A DNA stretch of 64,000 nucleotides from an uncultured Thermoplasmata archaeon. GTDB taxonomy: Archaea; Thermoplasmatota; Thermoplasmata; JAGHBH01. Below are positions 55,807 to 64,000 of this stretch, piece by piece; positions within the stretch are counted from its first letter, which is position 1, and every line of letters begins with the position of its first letter. The notes beneath the pieces are model-generated. The model was not told the DNA's origin and searched no databases. It saw only the letters and a program-made list of their open reading frames with translations. The stretch covers positions 21,077 to 85,076 of the forward strand of contig CAZROC010000005.1 of the NCBI GenBank assembly GCA_964601625.1, read 5' to 3'. A program made the position numbers and the translations under genes.

Positions 55807-57389
55807 AACTTATAATCCTAGGTCTTGACGGCGCTACATGGGATATATTAATGCCTCTATTAAACGAAGGCAGGCTTAAAAACTTAAAACGTATGGTTGA
55901 AAATGGTAGTTATGGAAATTTAATTTCTACAATCCCCCCAATAACTTCTCCCGCATGGGTATCCATGGCTACTGGGAAAAATCCGGGGCAGCTGGGAGTC
56001 TTTGATCTGTTGTATAGAGAAAACGAAGAAGAATTAACTTTGAAGCCTGTTTATTTCTATATGTTTAAAGGAAGTTTTTATTGGGATTTTTTGTCTAACA
56101 TGGGTTACAGAGTAGGACTCATTTTTTATCCTTTTCTGTACCCTCCATACAGAATCAATGGAATTATGGTTCCGGGATATGGCGCACCGTCTGAAGAAAA
56201 GATGTATCCATCCACCCTTTCGGATGAAATAAAGAAACGATTTGGAGAAATTAAATTTATGAAAGGTAGCCCAGCAGGTCTAAGCGATGAAAAGGCCTTT
56301 AAAGAGATTGTTTCAATAACGAAACAGCATTTTGAGATAGGAAAATACATCATTGAAAATAATGACTTGGATGTAATAACGTTTGTCATTTCTGGTACGG
56401 ATTGGATTCAGCATTTTTTCTGGAAATTTCTTGATCCAACACACGCGCTTTATGATGAAAAAATCGCTACTGTTTATAGAGAAAAAATATTTAAATTTTA
56501 TGAATATATAGATGAACAAATAGGAGATATTATTGGAATGTTTCCAGATAGCAACTTTATTATAGTTTCTGACCATGGTTTTGGTTCCTTAGATCAATAT
56601 TTCAATTTAGTTAAATGGTTGATTGATAATGGTTATATGGTATTTAAAAGAAAAATATCTGGATATTCAAAATTTAAAAATTCTATATTACAGTTCATGA
56701 GTAAGATAAACAGGCGAATTCCAATAGTAAAGATAATTCCCCGTTCTATATCAAAAAAAGCATGGGCAACCCTCAAAATTGATATCTCAGAAGTTCTTGA
56801 TTTAGAAAGGACAAAAGCATTCTGTTTAGGACATCATACGTCTATGGGAAGCATATATGTAAATAAGACGCTTATTTCAAATAAAAAAGATGTTGAAAAA
56901 ATAAAAAACGATATAAAAAACGGTTTAATAGAAACACTAAAACGTTTTGGCGTGGAGAATGTTAAATTTTATTCAAAAGAGGACATCTACCATGGGAAAA
57001 AAGCTCATCTGGCTCCGGATATGTGGTTCTCTGTGAACGATGGAAGATGTGCAATTATGCAACAGAGGATTGATCATCCAGTTCTGTTTGAAAATGTCCC
57101 ACTGGAAAAACGGATAAATGGAAGTCACCGCTTTGAGGGAATTTTTTTAGCATATGGACCTGATCTGGCGGCGAAAGGAAACATGGGAGATCTGTCCATA
57201 TATGATATTGCACCTACTGTTCTATCGTTTTTCGGTATACCCCCCCCATCTGATATGGACGGCAAAGTAATAGAGGAAATATTACCCCGAGGCAGGGTTA
57301 GAAATATAAAAAGTGTTTCAGCGAGAGACCTCGAAAAGATGCGCATAAAAGAAAAACTCCGCCAGATGAAACAGTTAAAGAACGTATAA
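55800..57389 (+). CDS. alkaline-phosphatase-superfamily protein (type I phosphodiesterase/nucleotide pyrophosphatase-like)
   Basis: ILGLDGATWDIL...SPAWVSMATGKNPGQLGVFD...SDHGFG are metal-site motifs of PF01663-like enzymes. Confidence 0.6.
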   Translation: MPKLIILGLDGATWDILMPLLNEGRLKNLKRMVENGSYGNLISTIPPITSPAWVSMATGKNPGQLGVFDLLYRENEEELTLKPVYFYMFKGSFYWDFLSNMGYRVGLIFYPFLYPPYRINGIMVPGYGAPSEEKMYPSTLSDEIKKRFGEIKFMKGSPAGLSDEKAFKEIVSITKQHFEIGKYIIENNDLDVITFVISGTDWIQHFFWKFLDPTHALYDEKIATVYREKIFKFYEYIDEQIGDIIGMFPDSNFIIVSDHGFGSLDQYFNLVKWLIDNGYMVFKRKISGYSKFKNSILQFMSKINRRIPIVKIIPRSISKKAWATLKIDISEVLDLERTKAFCLGHHTSMGSIYVNKTLISNKKDVEKIKNDIKNGLIETLKRFGVENVKFYSKEDIYHGKKAHLAPDMWFSVNDGRCAIMQQRIDHPVLFENVPLEKRINGSHRFEGIFLAYGPDLAAKGNMGDLSIYDIAPTVLSFFGIPPPSDMDGKVIEEILPRGRVRNIKSVSARDLEKMRIKEKLRQMKQLKNV

Positions 57390-57393
57390 CTTC

Positions 57394-58122
57394 TCAGTTC
57401 CCCGCCGCCTCCAGTATCACCCTTGCGAAATCTGTTATTTTTGGTGTGCCAAGGTCTGTGAAGTTGGTGCTCCAGAATCCGTAGTCGGAGTGGTCTCCAT
57501 ATGCTCCTACGGGTTTCATTCCGTGGTCGGACAGGACTATTTTTTTGCCCGGTGCTTTTGCTTCCGCTGTTTTCACTATGTCTTCTATGTCCCGGTATAT
57601 CATTTTCATGAGCAGTCTGTTTCCAAAGTTGAGGTGGCCTATCACGTCTGCCACGGAGAAATAGCCGAGGACGAGGTCGTGGTCTTCTCCAAGTGCTTTG
57701 AAAAACTCCTCTTTTATTTTTCTGTGGTGGGCGAAAGAGAGGTCGTTGTACTCTTTTTTTATCTCTTTTTTCTTTTCCTCGTCCTCCGCCGAGAAATAGG
57801 CTTTGAGAAGTTCTCTTTCTCTGCTGTGCTGGTTGAGGTCGTAGTTGTATCCGGGGAGATCTATTATTTTTGGGTTGTCAAAACGGGAAAAAAAGGTTTC
57901 TTCCAGGGGAATGCGGGTGTTCCACATCTCTCTGTCTCCTTTTGCGAGTATCTCTGCCTCTTTGTTCTGCCCGGTCATGAATGAGCTCCACAGCACCATC
58001 GTCCTTGGCTGGGAGAACTCTGTTATGTCTGTTTTTCCGTAAAACTTCTGTTTGATTCCTCTGAGGTTAAATTCCTCCACCAGGCTGTACTCCAGCGCGT
58101 CAACGGCTATTATGGTTATCAT
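57394..58122 (-). CDS. small alkaline-phosphatase-superfamily protein
   Basis: IIAVDALEY...VLWSSFMTGQ...LSDHGM is the same metal-site pattern in a shorter protein. Confidence 0.45.
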   Translation of the reverse strand: MITIIAVDALEYSLVEEFNLRGIKQKFYGKTDITEFSQPRTMVLWSSFMTGQNKEAEILAKGDREMWNTRIPLEETFFSRFDNPKIIDLPGYNYDLNQHSRERELLKAYFSAEDEEKKKEIKKEYNDLSFAHHRKIKEEFFKALGEDHDLVLGYFSVADVIGHLNFGNRLLMKMIYRDIEDIVKTAEAKAPGKKIVLSDHGMKPVGAYGDHSDYGFWSTNFTDLGTPKITDFARVILEAAGN

Positions 58123-58160
58123 CTTTTCTTCCTCCCTGTGTCTGGCGTCTCTATTTTGGC

Positions 58161-59447
58161 CTATCCGAGGTGGGTTATTATTCCTCCGCCGGATATGTCG
58201 TATCCTTTTTCTATTACGAAGCGCCCTAGTTCGGGTGTGCGGTTGAAGTCGTCAACCACGACCTCTTTTGTGAAAGAGAGCACGACCTCTCCTACTTCCC
58301 TGTTCTGAAGCGCCTCGGCGTTTTCTTCCAGGGTCTCCAGCGTGGAGGAGTCTATCCGGCGTGTGATTTCCTCAACTATGCATGGCACTTCCTGGGTGGC
58401 AACTTTGAAGGTCACCGTTTCTCCCTTTTTGAGGGGCTCTTTGCTCATCCAGAACAGGTTCCCACGTATCTTTTTGGTCACGGAGGGCTGTTTTTCCTCT
58501 TCACACAAAACGTCGCCTCTGTCTATGAATATCTTATCCGTGACTGTTATTCCCGTGCTTTTTCCCGCCTCCGCTTTTTCAACGTTTTTTTTCATGAACT
58601 CCTCTATCGTGGCAATGGTGGTTTTCTCTCCAGATGGAAGCACCAGCACTCTGTCTCCCACGTGTATTGTGCCCGCTTCCACTCGTCCCACGATTATGCG
58701 CTTGTTGTCGATGTTGTAAACGTCCTGAACGGAGAACCGGAGCGGGTTTTTCTCCCTGTTTTCCATTTTTTTGAATGTGTCCAGTGCCTCCAGTATCGTC
58801 GGCCCATCATACCATGGCATTCTGTCGGATTTTTTTGCCACGTTGTCTCCCTCTTTGGCGGAGATTGGGATTATGTAAGACGGCTCTATGTCTATCTTTG
58901 CCAGGAACTCTTTTATGTCCTTGCTGACATTCTCAAAAACATCCCTGGCGTAACCGACCAGGTCCATTTTGTTTATGGCCACTATCACCTGTTTGAGCGC
59001 CAGCATTCCGAGGATGTACGCATGGCGGCGCGTCTGCTCCTGCACCCCCTCCTGTGCGTCCACAATAAGGATCGCCGCCTCCGCCTGAGACGCCCCCGTT
59101 ATCATGTTCTTTGTGAACTCTCTGTGCCCGGGCGCGTCAATAATGACATAGTTTCTTTTTTCTGTTTTGAAAAATGTCTGGGCGGTGTCTATGGTTATGC
59201 CCTGGCTACGCTCTTCTTCCAGGTGGTCCATGACATAGGCAAATTCCAGGTCTTTGCCCAATGCCTCGCAAATCTTTTTCACCTCTTCTATTTTCTCTCT
59301 GGGAAGGCTGTCTGTGTCAAAAAACAAGCGCCCTATCAGGGTAGATTTTCCGTGGTCAACATGTCCGACTATGACCAGTTTCAGATCCTCCTTCTCCTCA
59401 ACTGTTTTTTTATCCACATCACTCATGCGGCTCGCCTCCATGGTCAT
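58161..59447 (-). CDS. cysN: sulfate adenylyltransferase subunit 1 (GTPase, CysN)
   Basis: G1 to G4 motifs (GHVDHGKST; DAPGH; NKMD) and EF-Tu-like domains II/III. 428 aa, so no fused APS kinase. Confidence 0.8.
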   Translation of the reverse strand: MTMEASRMSDVDKKTVEEKEDLKLVIVGHVDHGKSTLIGRLFFDTDSLPREKIEEVKKICEALGKDLEFAYVMDHLEEERSQGITIDTAQTFFKTEKRNYVIIDAPGHREFTKNMITGASQAEAAILIVDAQEGVQEQTRRHAYILGMLALKQVIVAINKMDLVGYARDVFENVSKDIKEFLAKIDIEPSYIIPISAKEGDNVAKKSDRMPWYDGPTILEALDTFKKMENREKNPLRFSVQDVYNIDNKRIIVGRVEAGTIHVGDRVLVLPSGEKTTIATIEEFMKKNVEKAEAGKSTGITVTDKIFIDRGDVLCEEEKQPSVTKKIRGNLFWMSKEPLKKGETVTFKVATQEVPCIVEEITRRIDSSTLETLEENAEALQNREVGEVVLSFTKEVVVDDFNRTPELGRFVIEKGYDISGGGIITHLG

Positions 59448-59527
59448 AAATCACCTGTCCACGTAAATGTACATATCACACATATCACTTACTTCAGTCA
59501 CTTCAGTCGCTTCCTTCAAAGAGCACC

Positions 59528-60328
59528 TTACATGTATCCAAGCGCTCTCAGTTTTTGCATCATATACGCCCGCTCTTTGTCCTGTGCTCTCCCCGCTCTC
59601 TCGGCTGTTGTGGTGGTCTTCAACTCTTCTATTATCTTGTCTATAGTGTCTGCGTCCGATGGCACAGGGCTGCAGCACGGTTCGCATCCTATGCTCCGGT
59701 ATCTCTTCCCGTTTTTGGCAAAGTAGAGTTCCACGACTGGTATCCCCTCACGTTTTATGTAGTTCCATATGTCAAGCTCTGTCCAGTGGAGGAGCGGGTG
59801 TACCCTTATGTGCTGTTCTCCCTCCTGTTTTGTTTTGTACTGGTCCCAGAGCTCGGGCGGCTGGTCTTTGTAGTTCCACTGGAACGCCTGGTCTCTCGGA
59901 GAAAAGTATCTCTCTTTTGCTCGTATGCCATGCTCATCCCTGCGTATTCCCAGGAGGAGGGCTTTGAACCCGTATTTTTTAATAGTCATCTTCAGAGCCT
60001 CCGTTTTGAGAGCCGTACAGCAGGCTAGTTTTCCCTTATCCGGCCCCATACCAGCCGCTATGGCCTCTTCGTTTCGCCCCACGATGAGATTGAGGTTCCA
60101 CTCTTTCGCCCATTTGTCCCTGAATTCGTATATCTCTTTGAATTTATAGGACGTGTCTATGTGGACGACGGGAAAAGGAACTTTTCCGTAGAAGGCTTTC
60201 CTTATAAGCCAGACGAGTGTGGTTGAGTCCTTCCCTATACTCCAGAGGGCGGCTATGTCTTTGAACTGCCTGTACGCCTCTCTTATAATGTATATGCTCC
60301 TGCTTTCCAGCTCGTCAAGGTGGTCCAA
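59528..60328 (-). CDS. cysD: sulfate adenylyltransferase subunit 2 (CysD)
   Basis: PAPS-reductase-like fold with WSIGKDSTTLVWL (PP-loop) and CysD-type length. Confidence 0.85.
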   Translation of the reverse strand: MDHLDELESRSIYIIREAYRQFKDIAALWSIGKDSTTLVWLIRKAFYGKVPFPVVHIDTSYKFKEIYEFRDKWAKEWNLNLIVGRNEEAIAAGMGPDKGKLACCTALKTEALKMTIKKYGFKALLLGIRRDEHGIRAKERYFSPRDQAFQWNYKDQPPELWDQYKTKQEGEQHIRVHPLLHWTELDIWNYIKREGIPVVELYFAKNGKRYRSIGCEPCCSPVPSDADTIDKIIEELKTTTTAERAGRAQDKERAYMMQKLRALGYM

Positions 60329-60356
60329 TTATCTCACCTCTCTTTTCTCACGTTTT

Positions 60357-60584
60357 TCAATCGAGGTATCCCAGGCTTCTCAGCCTCTCCTTTATCTTTT
60401 TTTCGTCTTCTTCAGACAGTTCAGGTTCTTCCTCGCCAGCGTCTTCCACAACTTCGTTCAAAACAAAGAGCACGTATTCTTCCACGCTGCCAAACCCGAC
60501 GTCTTCAACTCTTTTTTTGAGCTTGTTGTAGAGGTCCATTGGTATTTCCAGCTGATATGTGTCCTCCTTTTTTTCATCCACCAT
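60357..60584 (-). CDS. small ribbon-helix-helix-like protein with acidic tail
   Basis: 75 aa. YQLEIPMDLYNKLKK resembles an RHH beta-strand plus helix, followed by an E-rich C-terminus. Confidence 0.3.
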   Translation of the reverse strand: MVDEKKEDTYQLEIPMDLYNKLKKRVEDVGFGSVEEYVLFVLNEVVEDAGEEEPELSEEDEKKIKERLRSLGYLD

Positions 60585-60767
60585 GTTTTCACCACCCGGA
60601 TTTCTGTCAAATCCACATCACGTTAGAGTCATGTTGGCGATACACGGTTAGACCCATCTCCTATTTAATGTTAACCACTAAAGCCGAATGAAAACACAGA
60701 GAGGCGAGCGATGATGGTGGGAAAAAACTATTAAAGAAAAACGGTTTTAGTGTGCCGACTACCGGGT

Positions 60768-60790
60768 GGGCCCGTGGCTTAGCCTGGTGG
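60768..60790 (+). other. 23-nt fragment nearly identical to 5' end of tRNA-Ile (GGGCCCGTGGCTTAGCCTGGTGG)
   Basis: Compared by eye with the 5' end of the intact tRNA at 60903 (GGGCCCGTAGCTTAGCCTGGTTGG). It cannot fold into a full tRNA. Confidence 0.5.
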
Positions 60791-60875
60791 CCCAGAGGAA
60801 GCTGTGTTTCCTCTTTGCCTCGGCTATCGCCCGGCCCAGAGGAAGCTGTGTTTCCTCTTTGCCTCGGCTATCGCC
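60789..60875 (+). repeat. perfect tandem duplication, 2 x 43 bp (period 44) containing a 6-bp-stem hairpin GAGGAA-gctgtgt-TTCCTC
   Basis: ggcccagaggaagctgtgtttcctctttgcctcggctatcgcc occurs at 60789-60831 and again at 60833-60875. Confidence 0.85.
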
Positions 60876-60902
60876 TCGGAGCGCCTGCCTATCCCACGAA
60901 AA

Positions 60903-60980
60903 GGGCCCGTAGCTTAGCCTGGTTGGAGCGCCCGGCTGATAACCGGGAGGTCCGGAGTTCAAATCTCCGCGGGCCCACCA
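60903..60980 (+). tRNA. tRNA-Ile (anticodon GAT), CCA encoded
   Basis: Cloverleaf: acceptor GGGCCCG/CGGGCCC, anticodon stem CCCGG/CCGGG with loop CTGATAA, T-loop TTCAAAT. Confidence 0.85.
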
Positions 60981-61043
60981 CCCTGGTTAACATCTGGATG
61001 GTTGTGTGGCGCTTTCGTAGAAACATGGACAGGACGGCTTACC

Positions 61044-61844
61044 ATGAACGTATTACTCGTGGGCTGTGGCGTCATCGGAAATTTGATCGCGGAGGCTAGC
61101 GAGTCCATTGAGAAGATAGAGACCGTTTTTTTGTTTGACATTGACAGGGAGAGGGTCCGGTCGCTCGCTGGAAGGTATGAGAAGGCGGTGGCCGTTGACA
61201 CTCTGGACGAGGTGTTTTTTCACGTTGACTTTGTGGTTGAAGCAGCATCCCAGCAGGCCGCCAGGGAACTCGCCATGAAAAGTGTTGACCTGGGACTGCC
61301 CGTTCTTGTCATGAGCGTGGGGGCTCTGGTTGATGACGACTTCCGTGAGACGCTGGTTGAGAAGGGGCGCGTTACGGGGGGAAAAGTTTTGATTCCATCG
61401 GGGGCGATAGCGGGACTTGACGGTATACTGGCCGCCCGAGAGGCGGGCCTGGAATCTGTGCGTCTTACCAGCCGGAAACCCGTGTCAACGATGGCCAGGA
61501 CCAGGTACGTCCAGGAGAATGGGATACGTCTGGCGGAGGACAGGGAGACGGTTGTTTTCAGGGGGAGCGCCCGGGAGGCAGTCCGGCTTTTCCCGAGAAG
61601 CATCAATGTTGCGGCGGCGGTCAGTCTGGCCGGCATCGGGTTTGACAATACCGAGGTTGTTTTCATCGCGGACCCACGGCTGAGGGAGAACGTTCACAGA
61701 ATTGATGTCGTCGGCAAGGCAGGAGAAATCCACATAGAGTGCAGGAATGTGCCGTCGCCGGACAACCCGCGGACCAGTTATCTCGCCGCTCTCTCTGGTG
61801 TGGCGGCTATGAAGCGCCTTGGCTCTGTTTTTGAGTTTGTATAG
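61044..61844 (+). CDS. nadX: L-aspartate dehydrogenase
   Basis: MNVLLVGCGVIGNLIA Rossmann motif plus C-terminal AspDH pattern (VSLAGIGFD...PDNPRTSYLAALS). Confidence 0.8.
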   Translation: MNVLLVGCGVIGNLIAEASESIEKIETVFLFDIDRERVRSLAGRYEKAVAVDTLDEVFFHVDFVVEAASQQAARELAMKSVDLGLPVLVMSVGALVDDDFRETLVEKGRVTGGKVLIPSGAIAGLDGILAAREAGLESVRLTSRKPVSTMARTRYVQENGIRLAEDRETVVFRGSAREAVRLFPRSINVAAAVSLAGIGFDNTEVVFIADPRLRENVHRIDVVGKAGEIHIECRNVPSPDNPRTSYLAALSGVAAMKRLGSVFEFV

Positions 61845-61863
61845 ACCTCTAGGATAGAATTAG

Positions 61864-62511
61864 TTACCGTCCCCTTTCTTCTCCCCATATGATTTTGTGT
61901 AGCTGTGGGAGCACCCGGACGCCGCCCAGACGGTCTTCCACGGCCTTTTCCGCGAGCCATCTGAGGTCAACGCCGCCTACGGGCGTGAATATTACTGGGC
62001 ACGGGGGCGGGTGTTCGTCCAGGACGTTTATTGCGTACTCATAGTCCTCTTCGTCCGCTATAATGAACTTCACCTGGTCTTTTGGGCCCAGGTCTTCTAT
62101 GTACTCTGGATGGCTCATGTGTGCCATTCCAGAGGAAGGGGTTTTTATGTCCATGCTGGTCGTGAGTAGCTCTTCGCATGGGAGTTCTCGTACCGGGATG
62201 CTGCCGTTGGTTTCCAGTACGACGTGCATGTTCCTGTCCAGGAGGGCGTAGAGGAGTTTGTATATGTCTTTCTGGATGAGAGGCTCTCCGCCGGTCACGC
62301 ATACGTGTCCCAGCACTGCCCCATCAAGCGCCCATATCCTCTCCAGCACCTCCTCAACGCTCATCTCTTCACCGCTTTCGGGATCAAGGGCGTATGGCGT
62401 GTCACACCATTTACATCGGAGATTGCACCCTGCTGTGCGGACAAAGACCATGGGCTGTCCCATCCAGACCCCTTCTCCCTGGATTGAGACGAATATCTCG
62501 CTTATTCTCAT
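61864..62511 (-). CDS. queE: 7-carboxy-7-deazaguanine synthase (radical SAM)
   Basis: VFVRTAGCNLRCKWCDTPYA is the QueE cluster motif. Confidence 0.85.
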   Translation of the reverse strand: MRISEIFVSIQGEGVWMGQPMVFVRTAGCNLRCKWCDTPYALDPESGEEMSVEEVLERIWALDGAVLGHVCVTGGEPLIQKDIYKLLYALLDRNMHVVLETNGSIPVRELPCEELLTTSMDIKTPSSGMAHMSHPEYIEDLGPKDQVKFIIADEEDYEYAINVLDEHPPPCPVIFTPVGGVDLRWLAEKAVEDRLGGVRVLPQLHKIIWGEERGR

Positions 62512-62577
62512 ATATTCAACTCTCCTATGATTCTATAGCCACCTCTGATGCCACATTTGATGCCGTCCATCTGCTTT

Positions 62578-63267
62578 TTATCCCCATCCTTTTACTAACA
62601 GCGGGTCAGGTATCCCCGCTTCTCTGAACCCTTTTGCTCTTAGAAGACAGGAATCGCATTTCCCACAGGGTTTCTCTCCTCCGAGGTAACATGACCATGT
62701 TTTTTCGTATGGCACCCCGATCTCTGTGCCGAGCTTTATTATCTCCGCCTTGGTCAGGTTTATCAGGGGGGCCACTATTTTTATCGGCCTGCCTTCTACG
62801 CCCCGCTTTGTTCCCAGATCCGCCACCCTCTGGAACGCTTCTATGTACTCAGGCCTGCAGTCCGGATATCCACTGTAGTCCACAGCGTTTGCGCCGATGT
62901 AGATGTAATCCGCCCCCCTCGCTTCTGCCAGCGCCAGTGCATAGGAGAGGAATATGGTGTTCCTGCCCGGAACATACGTGACCGGTATCTCACCCTGGCC
63001 GATTTCTTTCTCGCTGTGAGATGGGACGTCTATGCTTTTGTCGGTCAGTGCTGACCCGCCTATCACCGACAGGTCTATCTCGACTATCAGATGCTCTACT
63101 GCGCCGTAGTGTTCAGATATCTTTTTTGCGCTCTCTATCTCTTTTTCATGTCTCTGTCCATAGCGAAATGTGAGGGCGATTATTTCGTGGCCATTTTTTT
63201 TCGCTATTCCGCACGCCGTTGAAGAATCAAGCCCTCCAGAGAGCAGCACAACAGCTTTCTGGGCCAA
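62578..63267 (-). CDS. queC: 7-cyano-7-deazaguanine synthase
   Basis: VVLLSGGLDSST PP-loop and C-terminal CGKCDSC zinc motif. Confidence 0.9.
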   Translation of the reverse strand: MAQKAVVLLSGGLDSSTACGIAKKNGHEIIALTFRYGQRHEKEIESAKKISEHYGAVEHLIVEIDLSVIGGSALTDKSIDVPSHSEKEIGQGEIPVTYVPGRNTIFLSYALALAEARGADYIYIGANAVDYSGYPDCRPEYIEAFQRVADLGTKRGVEGRPIKIVAPLINLTKAEIIKLGTEIGVPYEKTWSCYLGGEKPCGKCDSCLLRAKGFREAGIPDPLLVKGWG

Positions 63268-63271
63268 CCGT

Positions 63272-63805
63272 TCATCCTCCCCTTACTGTCTTAATCTCCA
63301 TTGAGACCCATCCCCCCTGGCCCCGTCCCTCGTCAACGCCAACCTCTATCTTTTTCACCCCCGGCGGAAAGGAAGTTTCCGCTGTTATTCGTCGGAGGAG
63401 ATACTCTGCCAGCTTCTCGGCGGACACCTGGGGTATCTCAACGAAGCAGACGTCTTCCAGGGGAAAAACATACCTCTTTGGCTCCGGCGTTTTTACAAGC
63501 ACCTCAACACACCCTTCTTTTTCTTTTTTTGTGATTTCCATCTCGCTTGACAGGGTGGGAATCAATACGTGGTGGTCCATCTCCTCGGCTATCCTTTTGA
63601 GGAATTTTTTGAGTTCTATGAAATCCATGACCATGTGGTTCTCGCCCAGGTCGCCGTATATCCTGACCCGTACCCCGTACACGTGTCCGTGTAACCTACC
63701 GCACTTGGTGTGCCCGGGTATGAAATGGCTGGCGGCGAATTTTATGCCCGTATCCCAGCCATTTAGTTCTATCCAGGCGACCACCACATCCACCTCTTTT
63801 GCCAT
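63272..63805 (-). CDS. queD: 6-carboxy-5,6,7,8-tetrahydropterin synthase (PTPS-like)
   Basis: CGRLHGHVYGV is the CxxxHGH zinc motif of QueD/PTPS. Confidence 0.75.
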   Translation of the reverse strand: MAKEVDVVVAWIELNGWDTGIKFAASHFIPGHTKCGRLHGHVYGVRVRIYGDLGENHMVMDFIELKKFLKRIAEEMDHHVLIPTLSSEMEITKKEKEGCVEVLVKTPEPKRYVFPLEDVCFVEIPQVSAEKLAEYLLRRITAETSFPPGVKKIEVGVDEGRGQGGWVSMEIKTVRGG

Positions 63806-63827
63806 TGTTCATGCCACATGTGCCCGG

Positions 63828-64000
63828 TCACCTTGTGGACAGGGCGTTTATTATCCTCTCAAACACCTCTTCTATTGTTCCGTCTCCATCAACGTTTATG
63901 AGTATCCCTTTTTCTTTGTAGTGTCCTATGAGAGGGGCGGTCTGTTTGAGATATGTCTCCAGTCGGTTTTTCACGGTCTCTTCCCTGTCATCGTCTCTCT
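63828..64000 (-). CDS. adk: adenylate kinase, C-terminal part (5' end outside window)
   Basis: Reverse translation of the window end gives ...DDREETVKNRLETYLKQTAPLIGHYKEKGILINVDGDGTIEEVFERIINAL, the Adk C-terminal pattern. Confidence 0.55.
   Translation of the reverse strand, partial: RDDDREETVKNRLETYLKQTAPLIGHYKEKGILINVDGDGTIEEVFERIINALSTR

Noticed and set aside
60626-60767. Possible C/D-box sRNA upstream of tRNA-Ile (AUGAUGG near 60702)
   Set aside because: The C box is imperfect and no CUGA D box lies at an appropriate distance.
1-64000. CRISPR arrays or rRNA genes
   Set aside because: No regularly spaced 25-40-bp repeats and no rRNA-like conserved stretches were seen. The only tandem repeats are those at 26283-26328 and 60789-60875.

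Overview
This 64-kb window looks like archaeal (euryarchaeal, thermophile-like) chromosome: about 53% GC, AGG/AGA arginine codons, short intergenic spacers and frequent ATGA stop/start overlaps. It mixes housekeeping operons with several accessory islands.

Housekeeping genes include an ATP-cone regulator fragment at the left edge followed by nrdD and nrdG, then gatE, folD, NAC, acylphosphatase, a B12 radical SAM gene, the lhr helicase with its MPE nuclease, aEF-1beta, the AMP phosphorylase and R15P isomerase pair, the S13-S4-S11-RpoD operon, pyrE, dys, cysDN, nadX, queCDE, an adk fragment at the right edge, and two tRNAs (Leu-GAG on minus, Ile-GAT on plus).

Accessory content:
(1) A translationally coupled minus-strand operon of a FlaI/VirB11-like secretion ATPase with a 330-aa Cys-rich N-extension, a TadC/FlaJ-like membrane platform and a DUF87 HerA/VirB4-like ATPase, with no adjacent pilin genes. 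An IS481-like element with a 15-bp target duplication sits 45 bp upstream.
(2) An AT-rich restriction-modification island with a methyltransferase-SNase fusion and a PD-(D/E)xK endonuclease.
(3) An archaeosortase-like gene beside a 1285-aa protein built as DUF2341-like domain, NHL beta-propeller repeats, a TM segment and a DUF835-like domain, containing an internal sorting-signal-like segment.
(4) An AT-rich glycan-modification island (GT1, sulfatase-family, alkaline-phosphatase-like, degenerate IS6) next to cysDN.
(5) A pilin-like gene trio followed by a DUF373 membrane protein.
(6) A tRNA-Ile preceded by a 23-nt tRNA 5'-end fragment and a 44-bp tandem duplication.
(7) NrdD fused to a CPHC redoxin domain.

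Several genes (PaaK-like, GATase-like, IS6 transposase, one small gene) are split by frameshifts located at homopolymer runs, so indel errors versus real pseudogenes must be resolved. No rRNA or CRISPR array was seen.
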